Shown piece by piece: positions 8,967 to 17,725 of a stretch of DNA of 64,000 bases; the stretch's first letter is position 1; every line of letters starts with the position of its first letter. The notes beneath the pieces were generated by a model. It ran no database searches, had not been told where the DNA came from, and saw only the letters and a program-made list of their open reading frames with translations. The position numbers and the translations under genes are program-made. This DNA comes from an uncultured bacterium (GTDB taxonomy: Bacteria; Omnitrophota; Omnitrophia; Omnitrophales; Aquincolibacteriaceae). The DNA is taken from NCBI GenBank assembly GCA_964482725.1, contig CAYZYT010000012.1, positions 1,310 through 65,309 of the forward strand, written 5' to 3'.

Positions 8967-9881
8967 CTAAATTTTACAGATTTTCTTCAAAACTTCCAGG
9001 CGTTTGTCAAAATGCTCGCGCTTCACCTCTCGAAGGCGCTCAAGCCCGAACTTTTCGACCGTAAAAGAAGCCACGATCGTTCCGTAACCGATCGCGGTCT
9101 TCATCGTCTTCAAATTTACGTTCCTCGCCGCCGCGAGATACCCCATCACACCCCCCGCAAAACTATCCCCAGCCCCAGTAGGATCGTACACATTTTCGAG
9201 GGGATACGCAGGATAAATAAAAACACCTTCATGACTGTAAAGAAGCGCTCCGTGTTCTCCCTTTTTTATGATCACGTATTCGGGCCCCATGTTGTGGATC
9301 ATTTGTGCCGCCCGGATCAGGTTGACCTCGCCGGTGAGCTGACGCGCCTCGCCATCGTTCATAAAAACCGCGTGAACGCGGCGAAGCACTTTTTCCACAG
9401 AATCACGCTTATTCTGGATCCAGAAATTCATCGTATCGCAAGCCACGAACTTGAGCGAAGATCCGTGCACTTGATCAAGCACTTTGAGCTGCAGGTCCGG
9501 ATCCACGTTCGCCAAAAACACAAATTCCGGCAGGGTCGCATATTGAAGTTCCGGTTTAAAATCTAAAAGAACATTGAGATCCGTTTGAAGCGTGATCGCC
9601 GAATTCATATCCGCCTCATACTTGCCCTTCCAATGGAATGTCTTGCCCGGGAGCGTCACCAAATGGCTCAGGTCGATCTCCTTTTCCGCGAGAATGCTTC
9701 GATACTCTTCCGGAAAATCCTGGCCCACCACCGCCACAACTCCCACCTTGGTGAAAAAGCTCGCGGCGTACGAGAAATAGGAAGCCGATCCCCCAAAAAC
9801 AGTTTGCAGAGCTCCGAAGGGCGTCGAGAGCTCGTCAATGGCGACAGTGCCGACGACGATTAGATAAGGAGGTTTTGACAT
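8967..9881 (-). CDS. PfkB-family carbohydrate/nucleoside kinase (ribokinase-like)
   Basis: 304 aa with a ribokinase-like fold and the C-terminal DPTGAGDSFAGG anion-hole motif. Confidence 0.7.
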   Translation of the reverse strand: MSKPPYLIVVGTVAIDELSTPFGALQTVFGGSASYFSYAASFFTKVGVVAVVGQDFPEEYRSILAEKEIDLSHLVTLPGKTFHWKGKYEADMNSAITLQTDLNVLLDFKPELQYATLPEFVFLANVDPDLQLKVLDQVHGSSLKFVACDTMNFWIQNKRDSVEKVLRRVHAVFMNDGEARQLTGEVNLIRAAQMIHNMGPEYVIIKKGEHGALLYSHEGVFIYPAYPLENVYDPTGAGDSFAGGVMGYLAAARNVNLKTMKTAIGYGTIVASFTVEKFGLERLREVKREHFDKRLEVLKKICKI

Positions 9882-9882
9882 T

Positions 9883-10575
9883 TCATATTCCTTTGAGTTG
9901 ATGTTTCAGTTTCGATGCCGCGCACTGTGAGTCCTTTGCCGCAAAGATCGCCCGCACCACCGCCACCCTTGTCGCCCCGGCCCTGACCACGTCCTCGATA
10001 TTCCCGAGGTCAATACCGCCGATCGCAACCCAGGGAATCCGGATCTTCTCGGCCGCTTGCTGAACAAATCGTAATCCCACGGATTTCACGCGGGGTTTCG
10101 TCGGGGTGGTAAACACAGGCCCGACTCCGACATAATCCGCCCCTTCACGTACCGCCGCCAACGCCTGTTTCAAACTATGCGTCGACTTCCCGATCCAGAT
10201 CTTCCGCCCCGCCTGCTTCGCTAGGTTGCACGCCATACGAACCGGCATATCCTCTTGACCCAAATGGACTCCATCCGCGCCGGTTGCAAGCGCCAGATCC
10301 ATCCGGTCATTGATAAAAAAAAGCTTTCGCGTCTTTTCCGCGATCCTTTTGATCTTAAGTCCGAGTCTGATCAGCGCAGCATCCGAAAGCACTTTCGAGC
10401 GAAGCTGAACGATATCGGCGCCGCCTCGGTAAGCCGCTTCGATCTTTTCGAGGATCCCCGGATTTTCGGTTCGGAGATCCGTCACAGCGTAAAGACGGAA
10501 ACCCTCAAAAACTTTTTTTTTCCAATCCATAAACTTATGACACCGGGTTAACGGCTTCGTCATCCTGAGCCCCAA
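9883..10575 (-). CDS. thiE: Thiamine-phosphate synthase
   Basis: TMP-TENI fold (RLYAVTD...GADIVQLR...). The true start is probably the internal MDWKKK Met near 10530. Confidence 0.8.
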   Translation of the reverse strand: MGLRMTKPLTRCHKFMDWKKKVFEGFRLYAVTDLRTENPGILEKIEAAYRGGADIVQLRSKVLSDAALIRLGLKIKRIAEKTRKLFFINDRMDLALATGADGVHLGQEDMPVRMACNLAKQAGRKIWIGKSTHSLKQALAAVREGADYVGVGPVFTTPTKPRVKSVGLRFVQQAAEKIRIPWVAIGGIDLGNIEDVVRAGATRVAVVRAIFAAKDSQCAASKLKHQLKGI

Positions 10576-10623
10576 AGAGGGCGAAGGATCTCAACCGAGA
10601 TGCTTCGCTACGCTCAGCATGAC
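10558..10623. mobile_element. MITE/REP-like nested inverted-repeat element, copy 1
   Basis: Termini cgtcatcctgagc ... gctcagcatgacg enclose an inner palindrome gaaggatctcaaccgagatgcttc. Intergenic between thiE and rfaE. Confidence 0.6.
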
Positions 10624-10648
10624 GGGACTGCTGCGCGACCATATCCTC

Positions 10649-11122
10649 TCACGCCAACTTGAGGATCTTGATGACCCGCGTCGAGGAACGCCCTTGGACG
10701 AGTGGAATGCGTTTCACTTTTCCGCCCCAGGAAAGCACTTCCCGAGCCCCCACAATATCCTTGATCGCCCAGTCCGCGCCCTTCACAAGGACCTCCGGCT
10801 TGATCGTTTCGATCAGTTTGAGAGGCGTCGGATCATTAAAGAGAATGGCGTAGTCGACACAGGAAAGAGCGGTAAGAACTTTGATGCGATCTTGCTCGGG
10901 ATTCACGGGCCGGTTCGGATCTTTATAGGTCTTGACGGAACGATCCGTGTTCACACCCACGATCAGCACATCCGCAAACATGCGAGCCTTTTGCAGATAA
11001 GTCACATGGCCCAAATGGAGAATATCAAAAGTCCCGTTCGTAAAGGCCACGCGCTTGCCCTGGGCCTTGAGGCGACGGACTGTCGCAGACAACTTGTTTT
11101 TCGTCAGGATTTTAGAGGCCAT
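10649..11122 (-). CDS. rfaE: D-glycero-beta-D-manno-heptose 1-phosphate adenylyltransferase (RfaE/HldE domain II)
   Basis: Cytidylyltransferase-like FTNGTFDILHLGHVTYL motif, 157 aa. Confidence 0.8.
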   Translation of the reverse strand: MASKILTKNKLSATVRRLKAQGKRVAFTNGTFDILHLGHVTYLQKARMFADVLIVGVNTDRSVKTYKDPNRPVNPEQDRIKVLTALSCVDYAILFNDPTPLKLIETIKPEVLVKGADWAIKDIVGAREVLSWGGKVKRIPLVQGRSSTRVIKILKLA

Positions 11123-11219
11123 GATAAGAAAAAAACTTCCGGGTTATGACCGTTCTTCATTTATTTTTACGGGTAAACGGTACCATACCGCATACCTTTG
11201 AATTTTAATGCATGCGGTA

Positions 11220-11792
11220 TTAGCCGAAAAGGATCGTTTCGACAACCTCACAAATCCCGTGAAGCGCCGTCATATAGGCTTCCTGGATATGAGAAGTCTT
11301 ATTGGATTTAGCGATAAAGCAGAGATCCACGGCATCCTTCAAAATGCCCCCGTCTTTCCCGGTAAAACCGAGCGTTAGGATGCCCTGCTGTTTGGCTTGC
11401 GTGATCACATCCAGGATATTGGGAGAACGACCGCTTGTGGAAAGAACGACGAGAACATCCCCTTTTTGACCGAGCCCTTCGACCTGGCGGGAAAAGACCT
11501 TTTCAAAACCAAAGTCATTCCCGATCGCGGTAAGCGCCGCGATGTCCGCCGTAAGCGCGATGGCCGGAAGACTCCGCCGATCTTTCTCAAACCGACCGAC
11601 AAATTCGGCGGCAATATGCTGCGCGTCCGAGGCCGAGCCTCCATTCCCGCACAAAAGCAGTTTGTGTCCCGCGTTCAGGGCCTGGATGATGGCATGCGCC
11701 ATCTTGTCCAGCACTTCATACTGGGCGGGGACGAAAGTTTTCTGAAATGCTTCCTGATGTCCTTGAACAATGGTCTCGAAATTGTTTTTCAT
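11220..11792 (-). CDS. gmhA: Phosphoheptose isomerase (SIS domain)
   Basis: 190 aa with the GmhA signatures LLCGNGGSASDAQH and VLSTSGRSPN. Confidence 0.85.
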   Translation of the reverse strand: MKNNFETIVQGHQEAFQKTFVPAQYEVLDKMAHAIIQALNAGHKLLLCGNGGSASDAQHIAAEFVGRFEKDRRSLPAIALTADIAALTAIGNDFGFEKVFSRQVEGLGQKGDVLVVLSTSGRSPNILDVITQAKQQGILTLGFTGKDGGILKDAVDLCFIAKSNKTSHIQEAYMTALHGICEVVETILFG

Positions 11793-11795
11793 GGG

Positions 11796-12824
11796 TTAAC
11801 CAAAGAATATCTTGGCCAGCTCGTACATATCCGCCGGCACAGTTTTGAGTTCCCCCACCGCTTCCTGGAGTGGTACGGCCACGATATCGCGGCCACAAAG
11901 GCTGACCATGTGGCCAAACTTGCCCTCTTTGACCAGCTGAACCGCCTTCACACCGAACCGTGTCCCGAGCACACGGTCAAAAGCCGTCGGTGTACCGCCG
12001 CGCTGAATATGACCGAGCACGGTCGAACGGGTCTCGTAGCCCGTTTTCTTCTCTATGAGTTTCGCGAGACGGTCTCCCACCCCACCGAGAAGGACATGCC
12101 CGAATGCGTCGAGCTCTTTATTCGTTGTGACAAGCTCCTCCCCCTTGATCGAAAATCCTTCGGACACCGCGACCACGCTGAAGTTCTTACCGCGCGCGCG
12201 CTGTTTCGTGATATACCCGCAAACCTCATCGATCGTCAAAGAAACTTCCGGGATGAGGACGACGTCCGCACCGCCGGCGATCCCGGATTCCAGCGCGATC
12301 CAGCCGGCATGCCGGCCCATGATCTCGACCACCATCACGCGATCATGCGATTCCGCGGTTGTCCGAATACGGTCAAGACACTCGGTCGCAATATTGAGCG
12401 CCGTATCATAACCAAAGGTGTAATCCGTCGCATTGAGATCATTGTCGATCGTTTTGGGAACCCCGATGATCGGCATTCCGTCCTTGGAAAGTTTGTTCCC
12501 AGCGCCGAGGGTGTCCTCGCCCCCGATCGCGATCACGGCATCCAATTTGTTTTTTTTGATTGTCTCCCGAACTTTCTCCGCGTCACCTTCTTTTTTATAA
12601 GGGTTTGTGCGGGAAGTCCCCAGGATGGTCCCGCCACGAGGAAGGATTTCCGCAACCGACTTCTCGTCCAGTTCCACAAAATTGTTATTGATGATACCTT
12701 TCCAGCCCTGCTTGAATCCTATCACCTGCCAGCCTTCCGCTTTCGCCGTCTGCACAACGCCGCGGATCACCGCGTTAAGACCTGGGCAATCCCCGCCCCC
12801 CGTAAGCATTCCAATTCGTTTCAT
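11796..12824 (-). CDS. pfkA: 6-phosphofructokinase, probably pyrophosphate-dependent type
   Basis: MLTGGGDCPGLNAVIRGVV... The diagnostic positions read GGED (Asp at the site that is Gly-104 in E. coli) and PKTIDND (Lys at the site that is Gly-124 in E. coli). This D/K pattern is characteristic of PPi-PFK. Confidence 0.85.
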   Translation of the reverse strand: MKRIGMLTGGGDCPGLNAVIRGVVQTAKAEGWQVIGFKQGWKGIINNNFVELDEKSVAEILPRGGTILGTSRTNPYKKEGDAEKVRETIKKNKLDAVIAIGGEDTLGAGNKLSKDGMPIIGVPKTIDNDLNATDYTFGYDTALNIATECLDRIRTTAESHDRVMVVEIMGRHAGWIALESGIAGGADVVLIPEVSLTIDEVCGYITKQRARGKNFSVVAVSEGFSIKGEELVTTNKELDAFGHVLLGGVGDRLAKLIEKKTGYETRSTVLGHIQRGGTPTAFDRVLGTRFGVKAVQLVKEGKFGHMVSLCGRDIVAVPLQEAVGELKTVPADMYELAKIFFG

Positions 12825-12894
12825 CGATTGACTCCTTTAATGTTTTTGATGGGGCGCCCAACCCAAGGCCGAGGCCCACTTGAAAAAGTTCCGA

Positions 12895-13461
12895 TTAATT
12901 CCTTGAAGCTCCCGGGGCCTGAAGAACCGACCCGGCATCCTCGATCCCCCTCACGTCGCAGATCACGACAAGCGGGTTCTCAGGTCCCAGCAACCGCTTC
13001 ACCCGTTGCTGGACCTCCTGCTGCAATTCCGACAAAACCGCGGGCACATGCCCGCCCGTCCAAAGCACCAGCCGGAGCTTGATCTCGACATTTTTACCGG
13101 TGATGTTTACTTTTGCCTTCACACTTTTAACGAGCGGAAAACGCTTCACCGCTTTCACGGCCGTATTCCCTAACGTGTTGGCCGAAACCACCATCGGGCC
13201 GATCTCGCTTTGAAAAAAGATCGCTTCGTTCGGACGTCCCGCTTTCACAAGCATCTTTGTAAATGCCAGGCCGAGCACTATAAAGACAAGACCGACCACC
13301 CCGACTTGAACGGAACGCCAGGAACTTTGATAGATCTCCTGGACCTTGAGGATCGCGTCATCAAAAGCTAAAAGATGTAGCGAAACGATGATCATCAAAC
13401 TGCCCAGCGTCAGGAAGGCGAAGATAGCAAACAGCTGGGCAAAGGCGTTAGTGACCTTCAT
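12895..13461 (-). CDS. Membrane-anchored Asp23/Gls24-like (DUF322-like) protein downstream of accBC
   Basis: 188 aa with an N-terminal TM segment. Its position after accC mirrors the accB-accC-yqhY arrangement of Firmicutes. The similarity itself is weak. Confidence 0.4.
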   Translation of the reverse strand: MKVTNAFAQLFAIFAFLTLGSLMIIVSLHLLAFDDAILKVQEIYQSSWRSVQVGVVGLVFIVLGLAFTKMLVKAGRPNEAIFFQSEIGPMVVSANTLGNTAVKAVKRFPLVKSVKAKVNITGKNVEIKLRLVLWTGGHVPAVLSELQQEVQQRVKRLLGPENPLVVICDVRGIEDAGSVLQAPGASRN

Positions 13462-14843
13462 TTCTTTTCTTTGTTCGCTTCCAACTCTTCAGTCTTCCCC
13501 GTGCCAAAGATCGTCGATTCAATGAATTTCGTATTCACGGAACCCTGACGAAACCTCGGATGGCTCAAAATGCGCACATGGAGCGGCGCGGTGGTCTTGA
13601 TCGGCTTCACTTCGATCTCACGAAGCGCCCGAAGCATGACCGTGATCGCGTCCTGGCGATTCTTGCCATAGGCGATCAACTTCCCGATCATGGAATCATA
13701 AAAAGGCGGGATCGAATAACCTGTATAAACATGGCTATCCAAACGCACGCCCGGACCGCCCGGCATCCGCCAAACCTCGATCTTCCCGGGAGACGGCATA
13801 AAATTATTGTCCGGATCTTCGGCGTTAATGCGGCATTCGATCGCATGCCCGCGGATCTCCACCTGCTCCTGAGTAAAACTCAGTTTTTCTCCGGCAGCGA
13901 TGCGCAGCTGCTCCTTCACGATATCGATTCCCGTCACCATTTCCGTAACGGGATGTTCGACCTGAAGACGGGTGTTCATCTCCATGAAATAAAAATCATC
14001 ATTTTTGTCGAGAAGGAATTCGATCGTTCCGGCATTCTCATACTTGAAAGTTTTCGCCGCCCGGATAGCCGTGTCGCCGATCCTCTTGCGAAGTTTTGCG
14101 CTCATACCGGGCGCGGGAGATTCCTCGATGAGTTTTTGGTGGCGCCGTTGAACCGAGCAGTCGCGCTCGCCCAGGTGCACCACATTGCCGAAACTGTCGG
14201 CAATGATCTGCACCTCGATATGACGCGGCTCTTCAATGAATTTCTCTATATATACTTCACCATTGCCGAAGGCGGCTTCCGCTTCGGTTTGAGCTGTCAG
14301 GAACGCACTGATAAGCTTTCCGTCATTGTGCGCGATCTTGATGCCTTTCCCTCCGCCGCCCGCAGAAGCTTTGACGATCACGGGATAACCCAGTTTTTTC
14401 GCAAGACGCAGGGCCTCTTCCTGATCCTTCACCGTCCCCTTACTCCCCGGGATGATCGGAACCCCGGCTTTTTTCATCTCTATTCTCGCATTCGATTTGT
14501 CGCCGGCCAGACGGATGGTTTCTGGTTTTGGTCCAATAAACTTGATCTGGCAAGACTCGCAGATCTCCGCAAAGTGCGCGTTCTCGGCAAGAAACCCGTA
14601 GCCCGGATGAATGGCTTCAACGTCCGCGATCTCAGCCGCGGAGATGAGGGCCGGAATATTGAGATAGCTTTCAGAACTGGGGGCCTCGCCGATGCAGATG
14701 GCGTCATCGGCCAGTTTTACGTGCAAGGATTCCCGATCCGCCTTGGAAAACACCGCCACGGTTTGAATGCCCATTTCACGGCACGCGCGAATCACACGCA
14801 CTGCGATCTCACCACGATTTGCTATTAGGATCTTTGAGAACAT
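13458..14843 (-). CDS. accC: Acetyl-CoA carboxylase biotin carboxylase subunit
   Basis: 461 aa. Reads [26 protein letters not shown]... and carries the ATP-grasp motifs. Confidence 0.9.
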   Translation of the reverse strand: MFSKILIANRGEIAVRVIRACREMGIQTVAVFSKADRESLHVKLADDAICIGEAPSSESYLNIPALISAAEIADVEAIHPGYGFLAENAHFAEICESCQIKFIGPKPETIRLAGDKSNARIEMKKAGVPIIPGSKGTVKDQEEALRLAKKLGYPVIVKASAGGGGKGIKIAHNDGKLISAFLTAQTEAEAAFGNGEVYIEKFIEEPRHIEVQIIADSFGNVVHLGERDCSVQRRHQKLIEESPAPGMSAKLRKRIGDTAIRAAKTFKYENAGTIEFLLDKNDDFYFMEMNTRLQVEHPVTEMVTGIDIVKEQLRIAAGEKLSFTQEQVEIRGHAIECRINAEDPDNNFMPSPGKIEVWRMPGGPGVRLDSHVYTGYSIPPFYDSMIGKLIAYGKNRQDAITVMLRALREIEVKPIKTTAPLHVRILSHPRFRQGSVNTKFIESTIFGTGKTEELEANKEKK

Positions 14844-14890
14844 GATTTTTCCCCGTATGAAGGGTTACTGTTGTGAAGAAGGTTTCGGGA

Positions 14891-15358
14891 TCAACCCTTT
14901 TTGATCTTCAGGATCGGCTGGTCGTACTCCACGGTCTGGCCATTCTGCACAAGGATCTCGATCACGGTTCCGCCCAATTCCGACTTGATCTCGTTCATGA
15001 GCTTCATAGCTTCGATGATACAAAGCACATCCCCGTCTTTAATCACTTTACCGACACTTACATAGGCGGGCTGGTCCGGAGCGGGAGAAGCATAAAAGGT
15101 TCCCACCATGGGCGAGCGCACGATCGTCACGCCTTCTTCAGCCACAGGTTGCACGGCCGCCGCAGGAGCCTGGCCCTGGACTGGGGCATGCATCCCCGTT
15201 TGCATCGGCGCCATCATCTGCGGGGCGCTGTGCATCACGATCCCACCGTTCGCCATCTTACGGAGTTTGATCTTCGCGTTGTCCTTCTCGATCTCGATCT
15301 CACCGACATTGTGCTCGGCCATCAACTCTAAAAGTTCTTTGATCTCCTTGATATTCAT
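14891..15358 (-). CDS. accB: Acetyl-CoA carboxylase biotin carboxyl carrier protein
   Basis: Biotinyl-lysine motif [11 protein letters not shown]. The stop overlaps accC upstream. Confidence 0.9.
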   Translation of the reverse strand: MNIKEIKELLELMAEHNVGEIEIEKDNAKIKLRKMANGGIVMHSAPQMMAPMQTGMHAPVQGQAPAAAVQPVAEEGVTIVRSPMVGTFYASPAPDQPAYVSVGKVIKDGDVLCIIEAMKLMNEIKSELGGTVIEILVQNGQTVEYDQPILKIKKG

Positions 15359-15855
15359 TTTCTTTTCCTCGCAACAAGTGCTTTTTTCACGGTTTTTTTG
15401 GAAGAATGAACGGAATTCGCTTGGGCGGCATAGGCCACAAGACCCCGCAGGCCCAGAAGATAACTGTTTTTACCAAACCCCGTCACCTGGGCAACGCATG
15501 CCGGGGCGGTCATAGAATGCTGCCTGAAATCCTCACGCTTAAAGATATGGCTTAAATGCACCTCGACCGCCGGAAGACCGCACGCGGCCAACGCATCGCG
15601 GATCGCGACACTCGTGTGGGTATAAGCTGCGGGATTGATCAAAATCCCTGCAAATTCCCGGCGCGCTCCCCCAATACGGTCCACGATCGCGCCTTCGTGA
15701 TTGCTCTGGAGGATCTCCAACTCGACGCCAAGCGCCTGGGCTTCACGTTCAAGTGCTTCGTTGATCTGTTTCAACGTCACTTTTCCATAGACCGTCACCT
15801 CCCGTTCCCCCAGGAGTTGCAAATTCGGGCCATGGACTACAAGAATTTTTTTCAT
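15355..15855 (-). CDS. aroQ: 3-dehydroquinate dehydratase, type II
   Basis: [24 protein letters not shown]...[15 protein letters not shown]. Forms the aroQ-accB-accC operon with 4-bp overlaps. Confidence 0.9.
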   Translation of the reverse strand: MKKILVVHGPNLQLLGEREVTVYGKVTLKQINEALEREAQALGVELEILQSNHEGAIVDRIGGARREFAGILINPAAYTHTSVAIRDALAACGLPAVEVHLSHIFKREDFRQHSMTAPACVAQVTGFGKNSYLLGLRGLVAYAAQANSVHSSKKTVKKALVARKRK

Positions 15856-15968
15856 AAGAACGATCCTCTTTACCCGTCATTCCCGCATGCTGCTAGCCGG
15901 AATCTATTGGGTCTGGGTCCCCGGCAAAAACATTCGGGGACGACCTTAAAAAACAGGTCGATTCTAAA

Positions 15969-16949
15969 CTATTCCTTCGGCGATTGCATCATTTCCATGC
16001 TATCAATGTTTTTCTCCTTCAGCCCCCCGCGGAACGCGTACCAGATCCCGGAGCCGATGCTGAACGAATAAATCACGATATCCATCAAAAGCGTCAGTGC
16101 AAGCGCACGTTCCGCCGGAAGATAGCGGCTAAAAAGATACAGGACGCTGGCTTCCCTCACACCCAACCCGCCGATCGAAGGCGCCATACTAACGATGGAA
16201 ATAACGGGTATCAAGATAAAAAACTTCCAAAAATTGATATCGGCACCGATGGAAAGAGAGATCCAATAATTCGTACAAATAAAAACAGCCTGCCCGCAAA
16301 AAGAAAGCATCACGGCGATCAGGACGGGACCCCGATGATGCCGGTAACCGTAGATCGCATGATAAATTTCGGCAAGCTGCAACCTCCATTTTTCTTTAGG
16401 AATAAGACGCGCAAGTCCCTTAAAAAGGCGGGCGAAACGCCGGCTTGCAAAAAAAGCCCCGAAAAACACGATCACGCCAAGCGCGCCAAAGACCGCATAG
16501 TCAATGTAAGAGCTCTGAACTTCCTTGCTGAAACACATCAGCCCGATCGTCGCCATAAGAATGGTCGCGAGAAATCCAAGCATTCGATCGAGCATAATCG
16601 AAGTCGCGGATTCGATCTTTTTGCCCGAATGCTTGTAAGCATAAACAGCCTTGGCCACGTCCCCGCCCACGGCGGAAGGCAGCATCAGATTATAAAACAG
16701 CCCCACAAAACCGAGGTGATAACACTCGCGGAAGGTCATGCGGATATCCTGGACACGAAAAACCCACTGGAGCCGGACGGCAATGATGGCAAGGCCGAGA
16801 AAATAACCGGCGATCGCCGCAGCAAACCAGCCCCACACAACTTCATGGCGCAAAATGGCCATGGATTCATGCAGTTTGCCGCGCATGAAAAAAACAATGA
16901 GCCCTATCGCGGCAAAGCTGATGGCAAAACGGAGGATCTTGCCTTTCAT
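15969..16949 (-). CDS. UPF0104 / lysylphosphatidylglycerol-synthase-TM-like integral membrane protein
   Basis: 326 aa, polytopic, with a GGDVAKAV-type motif. Confidence 0.5.
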   Translation of the reverse strand: MKGKILRFAISFAAIGLIVFFMRGKLHESMAILRHEVVWGWFAAAIAGYFLGLAIIAVRLQWVFRVQDIRMTFRECYHLGFVGLFYNLMLPSAVGGDVAKAVYAYKHSGKKIESATSIMLDRMLGFLATILMATIGLMCFSKEVQSSYIDYAVFGALGVIVFFGAFFASRRFARLFKGLARLIPKEKWRLQLAEIYHAIYGYRHHRGPVLIAVMLSFCGQAVFICTNYWISLSIGADINFWKFFILIPVISIVSMAPSIGGLGVREASVLYLFSRYLPAERALALTLLMDIVIYSFSIGSGIWYAFRGGLKEKNIDSMEMMQSPKE

Positions 16950-17338
16950 ACGGTCTGCGAGAACTTGATCTGAAGTTGGGTAATAAGCGTTTCGAGCATT
17001 TTCTTTTCCTCCTCGCTCAAATTCCCCTGGGTCTTATCACGGAGCGCGATCAAAAGATCGATCGCCTCTTTGGCGCCTTCGGGATTGAGCTCCGTCTGCT
17101 GGGTCATAGGATTGGGGATATCGCCGAGGTTCATGAGAGCCTGATAGCCGAGCGATTGGACAAGGCTCAGAAAAGTCTTGGAGGTTTCAACGGGTTTGGT
17201 CTTAGCGGCCGGTGGGACAGCCGCGGCTTTGAGCTTAACGCTTTCGGCCTGCTCCTTCCAGCTTTCATCCACCTTCTTCTCAGTGAAGCGTATATCTTTG
17301 TCCGGTTCCATAAACCATTCTCCCATACTAAAATTCAA
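16946..17338 (-). CDS. DUF1844-family protein
   Basis: FLSLVQSLGYQALMNLGDIPNPMTQQTELNPEGAKEAIDLLIALRDKTQGNL matches the DUF1844 core. Overlaps the downstream gene by 4 bp. Confidence 0.55.
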   Translation of the reverse strand: MNFSMGEWFMEPDKDIRFTEKKVDESWKEQAESVKLKAAAVPPAAKTKPVETSKTFLSLVQSLGYQALMNLGDIPNPMTQQTELNPEGAKEAIDLLIALRDKTQGNLSEEEKKMLETLITQLQIKFSQTV

Positions 17339-17654
17339 AAATCACATCTTTCACTTATCGCAATAATATACCACTTCTGCGAATCCGCCAAACCACTCGG
17401 CCTATCCGCCATACATCACGTCGGATCAGTCCGTTCGCTGAAAACCGCTCACGGCTGAAAAAAAAGAGGTTCGTGACCGAGTGGGGATCTGGTGGCCACG
17501 AACCTCTGCAGGTGAGTCGAGACCCGTAAGTCTCGCATGCCGATATTATACTCCCGAGCTTTCCCCTGTCAACGCTCCGTCCAAGTCTTTTTTTTATTTA
17601 CATGCCTGGTGACCCGGGCAGCCCCGATCAATGACCTAGCGTTATGCTCTCAAA

Positions 17655-17700
17655 CTGCGGATAAAAGAAAAGCCCGGCTTCGAACAACCGAAACCGGGCT
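17655..17700 (-). terminator. Rho-independent terminator downstream of the giant gene
   Basis: Hairpin agcccggcttcgaacaaccgaaaccgggct, preceded on the plus strand by aaaagaaaa (a U-run in minus-strand sense). Confidence 0.6.
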
Positions 17701-17725
17701 TCGAAAAGATTCTCTTCTGTCAGGC

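Noticed and set aside
11397-13082. 561-aa plus-strand ORF (and similar long plus-strand ORFs at 13560-14828, 15984-16973, 17537-18745, 46913-47950, 57489-58196)
   Set aside because: Each lies antisense to a well-supported minus-strand gene (gmhA/pfkA, accC, UPF0104, the giant gene, rne, pilB2). Their translations are low-complexity and Arg/His/Pro-rich, as expected for GC-rich antisense frames.
15876-15905. Sixth MITE copy (ccgtcattcccgcatgctgctagccgg)
   Set aside because: Only the first 9 nt match the MITE terminus. There is no partner inverted terminus and no inner palindrome.
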